From Octopus vulgaris (lineage: Eukaryota): a DNA stretch of 64,000 nucleotides. The stretch covers positions 142,848,001 to 142,912,000 of the forward strand of contig OX597818.1 in assembly GCA_951406725.2 (NCBI GenBank), given 5' to 3'. Below are positions 38,584-52,900 of the stretch, one piece after another (within the stretch, counting starts at the first letter, position 1; each line of letters starts with the position of its first letter). Under the pieces are notes generated by a model. The model was not told the origin of the DNA. It was given only the letters and a program-made list of their open reading frames with translations, and ran no database searches. The translations under genes were made by a program, and so were the position numbers.

Positions 38584-40111
38584 AGAGGTTTTTTTTTTTT
38601 TTGGTGGTGGTGATGAAGCCTTCATTTTCTGTGTTAGGTTTGTGAGCAGCATGTTGGTTGAATGTAGTGGGTTAAATCCATGTTGTGTTTTGGAGAGTGG
38701 GATGTGTGGGTTAGTGAGGCCATGGACTAGCTTTTCTAGGATATGAGGAAGGTGATAGGTCTGTATGATGCTACTTAAGTTTTTGTTGGGCTTTAGGATT
38801 AAGATTTTCCCAGCTTCTAGATTCTGAGAATTTGACAAAATTGATAGAAGTAGTTACAGATCTTGGTGAATGCAGTAATCCCTCCACACCCTAGGTCTTT
38901 TACATGTGTCCTTGTGATTTTTATTTAGCCTTAAGGCCTCTGAATTTTTAGGATTCTCTACTGCATGTTGGTGACTGATGGAATGAAGGCATCAAAATCT
39001 TGTTCTAGACTGAAGGTACACTTCCTCTTTTTCTTTTCATGTTCCTTGTTTCTTTGTGTGTGGTTTTTGGCAGTTGATTTTTGAGAAATGTCTGCTAAGT
39101 GTTTACTTAGAGTTGCTATATGTATTATTTGATATTGTTATTAAGACATGGTGTGTGATGAGACTGTTGTTGATGATGATGATACTAACTGTTTCTTATA
39201 TACTTTTTCACAGTTAGGGTCCAAGAAAACTGGTGGTAGTGACTTATATCAGCTTAAATTATACAGTAAGGTTGCAAGTTTGGATAAGTTTGTATGTCAT
39301 GGGAAAAAGAGATATCATGTTTCCATGCTATCATTTTACCAGAAATGGAGAACTTTATTTTGGTTGTGGTGAAAGGACAGCACTGAAATGTTAGATTCCT
39401 CTTTTTCCCCCGTAGGACTTACTTAAACTTGCAAACTTATTTTGATTGAAAGCCTATTTCATAGAGAATGGTGTTTAAAAGAACTCGACCTCTTTTTGTT
39501 GATCTCATTGTAAAAAGTTTGATTGAAAATCATCTTTACAAAATAGTCTGACCTCTTTCAATTAACATTTTGACAAATAATATTTTAGGAACAATTTAAA
39601 AAGAGGAATGACCTCACTGTGATTCTACCCTAGGTTTATAATTATGTTAAGGGGTACACATGTTGGCTCAATGTTCAGCCATTTACATATTAATTTAAGA
39701 GTAACAGGTAATTCATTTGATTGAACAACTGAATCCTTATCAATGAAGTCAATGAAGATTCACCTATTTACTACAGACCTTCTGAAACAACTGTGATCTT
39801 TATAATACTGTAACAGTGTTTTTTCAAGAGTGTTCATTGGTATTCCTTAAGAAGTGTTGGTGTTCTCTCACTGAAGATATGTCGTTAATATTTAGTAAGA
39901 AATTTGATCTTGGGTTAGTTTGATTTTAATATTTTTTTTTTAAATGTAAGAATTTATATAGCAGGAAAGATGGTTGTCATGTATGCATTTGATAAAACTT
40001 TCAAATTTCCTATCACCCAAACAAACTTTTTTTTAAATATCTAAATGTATTTCTTCTTTAAAGTTTGTACTTAACCTCATTTTCTTTTGTATTTGACAGA
40101 AAAATCATACA

Positions 40112-40165
40112 ATGGGCAAGAAAGGTTTAAAGTTCTTTCTTTTCATAGTGAACATACTTTTTTTT
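40112..40165 (+). CDS. Tetraspanin coding exon 1 (MGKKGLKFFLFIVNILFF)
   Basis: Acceptor tttcttttgtatttgacag ends 40099; ATG at 40112; donor GTAAGT at 40166; TM1 start with conserved Asn. The acceptor implies an upstream 5' UTR exon. Confidence 0.88.
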
Positions 40166-43100
40166 GTAAGTATTCCTTTTTATACTTGTTTTTTCAGTAA
40201 ATTTATTTGACTAACCTTTTCTTTTTATTCTTTGAGAGTTTTTAGTTGATCATATCAAATCCAGTTATTATTTTATCAACCTAATTCTTATTAACCTGCT
40301 AAGTTACATAAGTAAGCATAAACACACACACACACACACACGTGCGTGCACATGTGTTTGTGTGTATGTGTTGTTCATTTGTTTTTATGTCTACTTTTCC
40401 CTGGTTTTGATGAAAACTTATTGAAAACCAAATATCAGGACTTGGTTGATGAGGCACTCCTCAAGGGGTAGCATCTTATTGAAGTTGGCTGTTGTGACAG
40501 CTAGAATGGTGTGATATTTACTGCAGAAGCTTGGTCTGGAATTCAGACAATTGAAGAAAGTCTCCAAGTAGAATCATATCAGTTGAAACCAGCTCAAAGT
40601 GGCTATAGTTGAGGAGAGATTACAGGTGGAACCCTTTCACAGGTGAAGACTAATTCTGTCCTAACTGCTCCACTCAGCTAAAGGTTAGGGTTAGGGTTTT
40701 GAAGCACTAACAGACCCCAGACCCGCTGAATCCTGTCAATATATCCAGTCATGTTAGCCTGGAAGAAGGACATTAAAAAATCATCATCATTTAATGTCCA
40801 TTCTCCATGCTGGAATGGGTTGGATGGTTTGACAGAAATTGGCAAGTCAAAAGACTGCACCAAGCTTTGCTGTCTAGCATAGTTTCTATGGCTGGATGCC
40901 CTTCCTAGTGCCAACCAGTTTACTGAGTATACTGGGTGCTTTTTATGTGGCACCAGCAGCAGTGAGGTGACCAAGTAATTTGCTAGCTAAGATCTCTCAA
41001 CTGGTGAGAATGGTGCTGAGGGACAGAAAAGGTGCCCTGCATTAGAATAGAAACATGGCTGTCCCAGATGGAGAGAAAGAGAGAGAGGAAGAGAAGATGA
41101 AGATGTAACAAAGAGGGAGCAAAGGCCATTGCCCAAGTTACAGGCTGTATATAGTGAAGTGGACCAGAGATTGGAAGACAGTAGAAGACTTGATCAAGTG
41201 CAATAGTTTTAGATCCAGAAGACATTGTTACAAAGCGTTTATCTCAATATCACACAGCCTTACTTGTGGCTATACCTCATGTTTAAACTATTCATTGCCT
41301 TGAGATACAGTGTGTGAGTGGGTAGTGAGAGTTTCTTGAAGCAAAAATTATTTACTATTCTTGACTCTGTAAACTGGACTTTTTTTTCTTGTTTTTGTTG
41401 TTGGGCTATAGTCATGCATGGAGACCATCAAGGGTATATCAATTACATTGCCTTCTCCATGTGTGTACTTTGTATTTTATCATTCCAAGGTCAGTAAAGT
41501 GAACCTGGGTGAAATTTGAACTTTGAACATAAAGGGACATAACCAAATACCAGAGTATTTTATTGACTGCTCTTAATTCTGCCATTTGCTCGTTAAGTGG
41601 GAATATAATCTCCTGTTGTCTACCAAACACACATTTGTTATTTTAATCTTTAGATAACCTATCATCAGCTCTATTTCCTCAGAGGTAACCTATTATCACC
41701 TCTATTTCCTCTAGGATTTTCTCATTTCCTGTCTACTCTCTTCTGGAACATTATATTATCAACTCTGCTTCCTCTAGGATATCATATTCTCACCTTGAGA
41801 TGACATATATTCTTAATCTTGGAGAACCTAATCACAGTTTTATTACCTCTGGGATAACCTACTATCAGTTTTATCTCCCCTGGGATAATCCGTTTTCGGT
41901 CTTATTTTCGCCTGGGATAACATGTTCTCAGCTTTATTTTCCCTCAGTCCTGTTCCTCTGGGCAAAGATGCCCAACACAAAGTATCATAGCATTCATTAC
42001 GAATTCTCTGTAATATGTACAGCATGCCTGAGCACATTAAAAACCTACAGCTGTTAACTGGGTGGATAACGATGTATATTTTGTTATTTATGTTTATGTT
42101 TTGTAGTAGTTGTTTGTTTAGCTTTTGTTCATCTCTGATTGATCAGGTCTATCCTCTGCTCATCTCTTATATTTTACTTGTTTCAGTCATTAGACTCTGG
42201 CCATCTGGGGCATTGCCTTGAGGAATTTTAGTTGAATGAATTGATTCCAGTACATTTATCTAAGCTTGGTACTTATTCTGTTGGCCTATTTTGCCGAACT
42301 GCTAAGTTACGGGCATGTAAACACACCAACACCAGGTGTCAAGAAGTGGTGGTGGGACAAACACAGCCACAAACATACACATAGATATATACATATACAA
42401 TGGGCTTCTTTCAGTTTCCACCTACCAAATCTATTCACAAGGCTTTGGTTTGCCCGTGGCTATAGTAGAAGACACTTGCTCAAGGTGCTATGCAGTGGGA
42501 CTGAACCTGGAACCATGTGTTTGGGAAGCAAGCTTCGTACCACACAGCCACTCCTGCACCTCTCATGTATATCAATTTTGAAAATTATAGAGAATGTAAA
42601 GTAATTTAGTTATACATTTAATTTTTCCATCTATTGGCATATTTAAGCTGCTGTTTTTCACATAGCAAAAGTCTGCTCTTACATAAAATTATGATAGCTG
42701 GTTTTACTTTAAATATGAATGCTTTGAAACCAGTGGTGTTTTGTAACAAAGAATCAGATTATCCGTGGTACGTTGGTATTGAAAGGGTTAATATATATTT
42801 GGTTAAATAATGCACACACAGCAAACCAAGAGGAAGTGTTTATATTTTGCCACTAAAAAAGAAGTCTTCAAACTTTGCTACAATAAATTAAATATTTTGT
42901 TAGCTGTATGGGAGGTAAAATTTAAGAACCTCAAGTCAGGAATTAAAATCTTGATGTTGGTGTATTTCCATACCATAAATCACTTGTTGAGTATATAGGC
43001 ATGTTTGCTCTCTGCACTTTGCTTCTTTTCTACCACAATTTGGAATCAACCAAAGCCCCATGAGTGAAATTTGGTAGATGGAAACTGTGTAGAAGCCCAT

Positions 43101-46100
43101 CAGAGGGACATTTCAGTTTTTGGGTGGTAGATTTAACCCAGTTATAGAAAACTTGTAGCCCATGGGATTTTCTGAAAGGTATGCCTAATGAAAATTTACC
43201 TTGAATTTTTTTTTAGTATTACACTCTGCTTAATGATGAACCATCTCCCATGTGGCCTACTTTTCGAAAACGGTTTCCCATGCCTGATTTAACCCATTAC
43301 CCAGTTTAATACCCAAATGTAGTCCTTGGGCATCTCTTTTCTTCTCTTACAGTCATCAGTCTCAGAAGTGCTGGAAAGGATCATAAATACATATCTAAGC
43401 TTACTTTCCATGTCTGCTCATCTTGCTTTCTCTCTGCATTCATCCTTTCCATGCTGCTTCTCCGTTCTCTCTTTCTGTACACCTCTTCATATTATCTTTA
43501 TATCTTATGATTTATCTATGTTTTACTTTATTTTTTTTTATAATTCTACAGATTGCGGGTTTGGTGACATTTGCAATTGGAGTATGGACTGCTACAGACA
43601 GAATCTTCATGTCAGATATCATTGGTTCTAACCTCTATTCATCAGCATCATATATGATGATCATATCTGGTATTGTCATCACTTTGGTATCGATTTTAGG
43701 ATGTGTCACTTCCTGGAGAGAAATGCGATTTGGTGTCCTTATAGTAAGTCAATTACTTCCTTTTCACTTTTTATCCCCCTCATGCATGTTTGTGTGCGCA
43801 TGTGTCTCTATAAAATGTGTTTGGAGAGACAAGACTGTATGCTTTAGTGCAGACAACTTTATCTTGGAAGGTAATAACTTGTGACTAAGAATTGATACAA
43901 TGATCATCAGCCAAAACCTCATCAAGGTTTCTGTCATTTAGGTATTGTACGTCTCCATTTGCATGTACATGCCAGGCAGAACGAAATAAACAGTACTTGC
44001 ATTTAGCATACTGTGGGAAAAGAAACTGTCTTACGACAATAATGTACAGAAAACTTGTACATTATTTTTCATTTGCTTTCTAAAAAGTCATTTTTTTAAC
44101 CCTTTCGTTACTGTATTTATTTTGAGATGCTCTGTGTTTCTTTCATATATAACAAAGATTTTAGTAAAATAACTTAGTTATCATTCAGCTTATGTCAGGA
44201 ACATAAATTGTGACTCAGGTTTGGTGAAAGATTTTAATTCAGAACTTACGAAAACAAGACATTTGTACTCAGAGCCAGAGTTGGTAATGAAAGGGTTAAA
44301 CTACTGGTATATTATTTTTATAAAATGTATAGGAAATATAAAGTAGGAATAATGTAAAAGTATATATAGCTAAAAAATTTGAATAATCTATAATATTCAC
44401 ACCCTCTATTTTTTTTTTGCCTAATTGTAAACAAAAAAATGTATTTTAGCCAATTTTGTTCCTTCTTTACTGTATTATTAAAAATCAAAAAATTTGAAGA
44501 TTTTTGACCAATTTTGTTTGTTTTCTGTATCTTGAAGAAACAAAACAAAGTAATCTTTACATTTTAGTTTTATAGGTAGTGCAGTAATGGTTGGTTTGTT
44601 GCATGATTTTGCAGCTTTGATAGTATACCAGGGTTAATTCAATATCTACAGATATCAGTTATTTTTATTTTTTAATCAATGGTTTAGTTTGGAAGTTGGA
44701 GTGATGTTCATGGCCCTCAAAAGCCTTTTGAGACCCATGAAATCATGGTTAATTTTCTTCTTGTACACAAGTTGGCAACTGCAGAATGAAGAAAAAAATG
44801 TATGCAAGGATGAAATTCTAGAGGACCTGTGTGCTATTGAGGGAGGGTTGGGCATCAAAGCTAGTTTGGTGGGTTGGATACAACATGGGAAATGAGAGAA
44901 AGAGAGATGAGAGAGTCAAAGTGACAGAACAACATGTCATACCAATTATTGGAATGGCCTTTCTTTGGACACAACCTAACATATTTGTATTATGTAGCTG
45001 CAGTTCTGTCCCAGATGTTGGTGTAGTACCCCATTGTGGGTTTTTACCTGAGCTTAGTAGAGAGTCAGTAATTATTGAGAGCCGAAGAGTCTTTCTGATG
45101 CAGTTTTGGTTATGCCGAAGATGTATGTTCACCTGGAGCATTCCTTAGTAAATGTGAAACACTATCCACATCAACCTTATTAGTCTGAGACAACCTACAA
45201 GACCCATGGCCACATGGGTCTTGCAGGTTGTCTCAGACTAGATTCTTCAGATCTGAGGAGACCTATTGTCACTAAACCTCGAGATAAAATACCTACTTAC
45301 TAAATTAGTATGCACTAGCATAGTAATGATAATAACTAAAATGATAACAATCCTTTCTACTATAAGCATAAGGCCTGAAATTTTAGGGGAGGGGACTAGT
45401 TGATTACACCAACACCTGTGATCAACTGGTACTTAATTTGTTGACCCTGAAAGGATGAAAGGCAAAGTTGACCATGTCAGAATTTGAACTCAGAACATAA
45501 AGACGAATGAAATACCATTAAGCATCTTACCCAGCAAGCTAATGGTTCTGCCACCATGATGCCCTCACTAAAATGATATTAATGATTATAAGAATTACTA
45601 AAATAGTAATAACAACACAAATAAACATAATAATAATAGTCCTTTCTACTAGAGGCACAAAGCCTAATAATAATAATATTAATAATAATAATAATAAACC
45701 ATCCCTATTGGATAGATATGCCTTGGCATGTAGCACCATCTGTTCGTGGCCGTTGCCAGCCTCGCCTGGCCCCTGTGCTGGTGGCACGTAAAAAGCACCA
45801 TCCGTTTGTGGTCATTGCCAGCCTTGCCTGGCCCCCGTGCCGGTGGCACGTAAAAAGCACCATCCGTCCGTGGCCGTTTGCCAGCTCCGTCTGGCACCTG
45901 TGTGGGTGGCACGTAAAAGCACCCACTACACTCAGCGAGTGGTTGGCGTTAGGAAGGGCATCCAGCCGTAGAAACACTGCCAGATCAGACTGGGCCTGAT
46001 GCAGCCTTCTGGCTTCACAGACCCCAGTTGAACCGTCCAACCCATGCTAGCATGGAAAACGGACGCTAAATGATGATGATGATGATGAATAATCATCTCT

Positions 46101-49100
46101 TTTATAGGCACAAAACCAGAAATGTCTGGGAGAGTAACTGTTGATTATATTAGCCTGGTACTGTATGTATGTTATTTGCCTGGTACTTCATTTTATAGAC
46201 CCCAGAGGCATGACAGACACAGTTGACTTTGGTGGGATTTGAACTCAGATCATAAAGAGCCAGAAGAAATACCATGAGGTTTTTTTATCTTTTAGTGCCA
46301 TAAAGGTGGCAGTGACAAAGGGTCATTACAGAAACAAGTTTCATAAAATGTACTGATTTCCACAGAAATCAGACGAATGAGAAAAAGAAACTGGCGTAAT
46401 AGAGAGGTGGAGTGTTACCTAGGACCAATCAAAGAACTTCTACAGATCCTGCATTACTCTGGTTCTGCTTGTTCTGACTAAATGCCTTTTCCCAACTTCC
46501 CAGCTGTCATTCTCTCAGGTCTAGAAGGACTGTCTTCACTCCTTCCAGTTGCACTCACTGCACAACAGTTTCATGATAGATTTTTAAGATAGGCAGGTGA
46601 GAAATGTTGAAGGAAGGTATAGTTGATTAGATAATTACCACGAACCTTCCTTCTAGTACTTGACTATTAGTGGAGTAGCAAAATCAATAGTGTTGTACTG
46701 ATGGTTCTCCTTATACATTGTGATGATCCTTTATGTCTATACCCCGAGACAGCTTTACCAGTTCTTCTGGTATTGCAGCTTTGAGAAAATAACAATAACA
46801 AATGTGCACTTGGAATATTTAGAAGTACCAAAAATAGTTAGCTAAATGAAAGATAGCTAAGGCTTTAATTTGTCCTTTTATGCTTTTACTTTTATCTCAG
46901 TGTCTAGAATCTGCCTGTGATATGGTGCTGTCCTGAAGGATGGTTTTCATTGACTATGTTGATCTCAGTACAGATTTTTAAGTCTGGTCCTTATTATAGT
47001 AATTTCTATTTATCACACCTTTAATTAACAAGTTTCTTTTTTTCAAGTAGTGTCGAATGTAAAAACGCACATAAACAAAATCACACGCACATATACACTT
47101 GTCTATGTGCACGAGTGAGTGTGTGTGTATTTCAAAATGTGTAAGTATTGACAACAAGATCACTTGGCCTTAAAAACCTTGTCTCACATTCCTGGCCGAT
47201 CTATACAAGCATGGAAAAACATACCTTAAACAAATGAATATGTGTGTGTTTGCTGTGATAGAAGACACTTGTCCAAAGTGCCATGCAGTTGGATTGAACC
47301 TTAGACCATGTGGTTGCAAAATGAGCTTATGGTCATGTCTGTATCTATGTTAATTTCAAGAAATTATTGTCAGTATATGCTGAATTTTAGGCATGTAAAA
47401 ATGCCTTACTCTATAATGATCATTATTTAACGTCCATTTTCCAAGCTGGCATGAGTTGGATGGTTTGACCAAAGCTGGAGAGCTGCACCAAGTTCCAGTC
47501 TGACTTGACTTGGCTCTACAGCTGGATGCCCTTTCTAGCATCAACCACTTTACAGTGTGTTGGGTGCTTTTCATGTGGACTGGCACAGGTGCCTTTTACA
47601 GGTGCTCTTTATGTGGACTGATATGGGGGCTTTTTATATTGACCAGCACAGATGCATTTTACATGGACCAGCATGGGTGCTTTTTTATGTGAGCTGGCAA
47701 AGATAAAAGAAATAATGTAAGAAATATGATTGAGGTGTTGTAAAAATCTTTTCCAATTATAGTCTATTTTTTAAGCTGCTATTGTGATGATATAAATATC
47801 TTGAAACAGGTACTCTTTCAAAATTCTTTCAAAGCAAAGATACAGTGTTACTAATATGAAGTCTTGTCTACAACTCGTGTTAGAAGTCTGCACTTACTTG
47901 AATATCTCGGTTTTAAATACTGCTGATGTTCAGTTGGAAGAATTTTCAAAAGGATGTTGGTTTAAGTATATTTATGTTAAGAAAACAACTTAAAAATAGA
48001 TTCTATAATTGCAAAACATTTTAACACCTGATTCATATTTCCTACATTCTTTATTTCTATTGTCTTTGCTAATTACTATTCATTTTACTTTTCTGCTATG
48101 AGTAAAGGCATTCTTCATTTTCAAAATAGTAAATATATCAGTTTATATAAATTGTCTGCAAAACACACAACTGCTAACTGAGGAGGCTGTGCTATCATTC
48201 TTTTAACTGAGTTTATTAAGTAATACTGGGAGTTGATTATACCAGCCCCTAAATATTCTTCTAGCTTTTCGTTTTGAGTTCAAAGGCTGCCGAGTTAACT
48301 TTGCTTTTTATTTTTTCAGATTCAGTAAAATAAGTACCAGTGAAGTACTGGGGTCAATGTAATCAACTTACACTCTTCCCCTAAAATTGTTGGCCTTGTG
48401 CCAAAATTTGATGCCTTTATTGTTATTAAGGTGGCGAACTGGCAGAATTGTTAATGTGTCAGACAAAAAAATACTTAGTGGCATTTCTTCCAGCTCTTTA
48501 CATTCTGAATTCAAACACCATTGAGGGCAACTTTGCCTTTTGTCCTTTTGGTGGTGTCAATACCCAACAAATGAAGTGAGTTCATGGCTCGCAGGACGGC
48601 CTGCTGTGCTAACCTTGGATCGTATAGTGACCCGCTGTTCTTGAGGAGACCTATTGAGTAAAGTACATCAACACCAACATCAAAATAAAAATCAAATGGA
48701 AATTGTAGTTAAGATACCCGTGCTGGTGACACATAAAAAGCACCGTTCGAACGTGGCTGATGTCAGCGCCGCCTGAGTGGCGTCCGTGTTGGTGACACAT
48801 AAAAAGCACCAACCGATCGTGGCTGTTTGCCAGCCTCCTCTGGCCCCTGTGCCGGTGGCATGTAAAAGGCACCCACTATACTCACGGAGTGGTTGTTGTT
48901 AGGAAGGGCATCCAGCTGTAGAAACATTGCCAGATCTGATTGGAGTCTGGTGCAGCCTCCTGGCTTCCCAGACCCTGGTCGAACTGTCCAACCCATGCTA
49001 GCATGGAAAACGGACGTTAAACGATGATGATGATGATTAATACTGAAATCCCACTGAAACCAACCTTGCCTTTCACTCAGCCCATAAAATAATGTAAAAG

Positions 49101-49893
49101 TCAAGTGCTGGGGTTGATGTAATCGATTTGCCCCCCTCCTCAAAATTGCTGTTCTTGTGCCAGATTTGGATAGAATTGTTATTATTTCAAAGAATTGTTA
49201 ACATGCTGTGCAAAATGCTTACTGGCACTTCATCTCTCTTTATGTTTTTTGAGTTTAGATGTTGCTGAGGCCAACTTTGCCTTTCATCCTTTTGGGGTTG
49301 AAATTAGTACAAGTTGAGCATTGGGGTTGATGTAATCAAATAGTCCCTTCCCCACAAATTTTCAGGCCTTGCGCATTTAGTAGAAAGGATTATTATTATT
49401 ATTATAATTATTATTATTATTATTACTAGCTGGACCCGTGTAAACTTCACGGAAAACATAAAAAATGTAAGCGTCTGTTAATTGTGTGCTGGTGCCATGA
49501 GAAATGTTTCTATATTGTGACACTTACAGAATATAGAAAGAAGTGTAAAACCGATAATTATATAATCCAACCAAAATATCTCAGTTATGTAAACGTAAAC
49601 GGAATTACTATTTAGCCTTAAAATACATCGTACATATTCAAAGAACTTTCTTGGTTTAGTGGTAGGGAACATTCTTGTGGTATTTTATTCTTTTACTTGT
49701 TTCAGTCATTTGACTGTGGCCATGCTGGAGCATTGCTCTTAAGTTGAAAAAATCAGCCCCTGGACTTATTTCCTGTAAACCTGGTGCTTATTCTATCTGT
49801 CTCTTCTGGCGACCAGCTAAGTTATGGGAATGCAAACACACCAACATCGGTTATGAAGCGATGATGGTGGCAGTACAGACACAAACACAACAC

Positions 49894-49930
<37 letters not shown>

Positions 49931-52900
49931 GGCACCAAGGAGGTATGACAAAGACAAAGAAATTTTCCCAACTGTCAGCTTGTACACACTGAAGTTCAGT
50001 TTGACCAGTGTGCCAACAACCCTAGGGCTGGCCCTGACTAGGGGTTAACCTTGCAACTGGTGGACATCCTGTTCAGGAGAAAGTTTTGTACTCTAGGTCA
50101 CCTAATAACCTTGGAAACTCATTTGAGCTCCAGTCTCATGAAATAGAAATTTTCCTTGGCCTTAGAAATATAAGAAATATGAAGTTTAACTAAAGAAAAT
50201 TGAAACTAGTCTTTTAAATGGAACATCTCAGAGATAGTAAATATTTTTTAATAATTCATGTTTGTTATTATTTTGTGGTAGTTTGTTTTTTAAGATACAT
50301 AATTTTTTTATTCTTTGTTTCTAATTGTTAAAATATTTTTTCATTTCAGTATTTCATAATATTACTGTTTATTTTCGTATTCCTGGTAATTGCTTCTATT
50401 TTGGCTGTCGTGTTCCGTGGAGAGGTAAGATATCTTTATGCATCATCCTCATTTTATGTTTGTTTTTTCTCATGCTGTCAGGGTTTGGATGGGTCTTTGT
50501 TCTAACATTCATGAAAAGTGAAGAATACATTGAATAAGGTTCAAAATGCATCAGCACTCGAGAAAATAATGTGATGGTCAAGACTAGATACATTTTTAGG
50601 CTCCCACTGAGCCAAACTGCAAATCTAGTTTCATTTCTTGAGATTAGCTTTCACAACTTCTTCCTGTGTTTCTGATTATTTCCTCTTTTACACTCTTGTA
50701 CTTGAATTTTTTGGTACCTCCTCACTGAACTGTTATACTTCATATACAAAACGTACCAATTGCCCTTTCCTTCTACTACCAACACATTTTGTAGAATTGA
50801 AAATTGTGATCACCATCTGTGGCAATCAAAACCTTTTGACACGTCAAAACTTAGTAGAAAGCAATCAGCACACAGCTTGCTTGGACTGCACCTGACATTA
50901 CTGATGACAGCTTCTACAGTGTCACATAAACTGTCAGAAATAACAGCCAACTATCCCTCAAATTACACACATCCAAATGTCTTGTAAAGAAAGGGACATA
51001 TTAAATAATGTGGACTTCAATACACAATGCCCCCAAAATTCTCCCTCACCCAGCCTATTCCACAGGTATCTTTCTGAATAATAGCTACTTTTTCTAGCAT
51101 CTTGACAACAAGAGCCTTCAACAACCAAGCAGCTCAAAATGCCTTTGAAGAATTTAGTTGTTCCAAGACTCCAGAATTCTGTGCTGCTGCAATGAGTAGA
51201 CTTGTCTCTTGTTGGCAATGCTTTTTACTCTCACTACTTTGCTTTATAATGTTTATTTCTATTTTTATACTTTTTGAACTATTGCACTTTCATTCCTCTC
51301 TCTCTCTCTCTCTCCTGTGTCATTTACTCCCTTGTCCTTCTCTTCTGTCTGTCTGTCTGATGTATAATAACTTATATAATAATGAAATTATTGTATACAG
51401 TGCTCAGATGCACCACAACTGCACAGGTGCACCACAACGTGTCATATTGCACCTCTTATATTCTCCTGTATCTTTCTTTTATACTCTCTCTCTCTCTACA
51501 CATAGTCTAAAGTATGAGTGGAGAAACCAACCAACATTTATAGTGGCTATTACTATACAGACATCAAGATCGAATTTGCTTTCTTCGGTTAAAACCCAAT
51601 GCAGTAGATAGCTATCATGTATTGGATACTGGATTGATTCTGTTATTTTTGCCCAATTTACAACAAAATTGTGTATCACAACATCAGAGAAAATATCATG
51701 CATGACTTATTTGTGGCTCTATACATTCAATGTTTAGCTTTTCATCCTTCTGGGATCAATAAAGTACCAGTCAATTATTGTGGTAATTGACTGCCCTTCC
51801 CCTCAAAATTGCTAGTTTTGTGTGCTTAAATCAGAAATTATTGTTGTTATTATTAATTTAACTATGTCATTTATTTTAGTTAGAAGATGTTATGTCGAAA
51901 TCCATGGGAGAAACTCTGATAAAGCAATATGGTAATGATATTGAACGAAATGCAGAGAACAGGGCCGTCACTAAAGCTTGGGATCTTACACAAGAAAGGG
52001 TAAGTGTTGGCAAATCACTCATGAATAACATGTTGGTAAGAGCACAAAAATACACACAACACCACACAGCATAGCTAATGAAGGAGCCACCGAACCTGCT
52101 AACAATAACAGCCATATCTCTCTCTAATCAAGCCCCAGTTATATGGAAGGACATTCTAGATAATGTGTGAAAAGAATCAATGGAATGCTGTTGATCATAT
52201 TTCTGCTCAATCTGGGCAATCTGTAGTCAATATAGATGCACACTACTTGCCCCATATGACATTGCATCACTTTTCATGACTTAATACCAAAGTAATATAT
52301 GAAAAGCAAGTTAACCTAGCAGAGACCATACCTCTCCTATTGACTTGTACCAAATTTATAGGCATAAACCCTGTAAATATTAGAGGAAAGATAAATTCAA
52401 AACTGTGATATTCAGGACTCATTTAAAGGCATTAACATTGCAATGAAGTGAAATTACCCCCACCCCACCAAAGAAGCAAAAAGAAAAGGAATAAGTGGCT
52501 GAAGTCCAGTTGCTTATTATCACTTCAAGGTAAAATGTATGTCTTTGCATATTGTTTTTAATGAAGATGAAAATGTTCCAAAGTGTCTATTCAATGGAGA
52601 ACTAGTTTTTGGGAAAATGCCCTCTTACAAACTTGAAGTCGAGATAGAAATGCTCCTTCAGATGTGATCTGGAAAAGGGGAAAACTTTGGAATGCTGGGA
52701 AATTATTGCAATTGATAAAACATCATCGATAAAAGCTAAACTCGATATATAATAATAACAAAATTATTGTATACAGTGCTCAGGTGCACCACAACTTGTC
52801 AGAAAGTGTGTATAAAGCATATGCAGTAATGTACAAATGTCTGGAAAGCGAACAATGTATGAGTCAGATACATGCTTGCGTGTATATGGGTGAGAGAAAA

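Larger units (their letters stand above)
36150..39090 (-). mobile_element. Old LINE (RT fragments) split by three younger SINE insertions
   Basis: 38600-38840 'ILKPNK...LEKLV...HIPLSKTQHGFNPLHST'; 37870-38050 'GFGLSLTPFTLFLHDLP...LQPYLNHL'; SINEs at 36652-37066, 37347-37773, 38191-38583. Outer limits approximate. Confidence 0.7.

Noticed and set aside
40682-40697. Short TTAGGG run
   Set aside because: Only about two units; not a telomere or meaningful interstitial array.
51102-51611. 169-aa ORF with a hydrophobic stretch inside tetraspanin coding intron 3
   Set aside because: Non-ATG start; built from repeat fragments, (CT)n and a CR1 tail; no recognisable domain.
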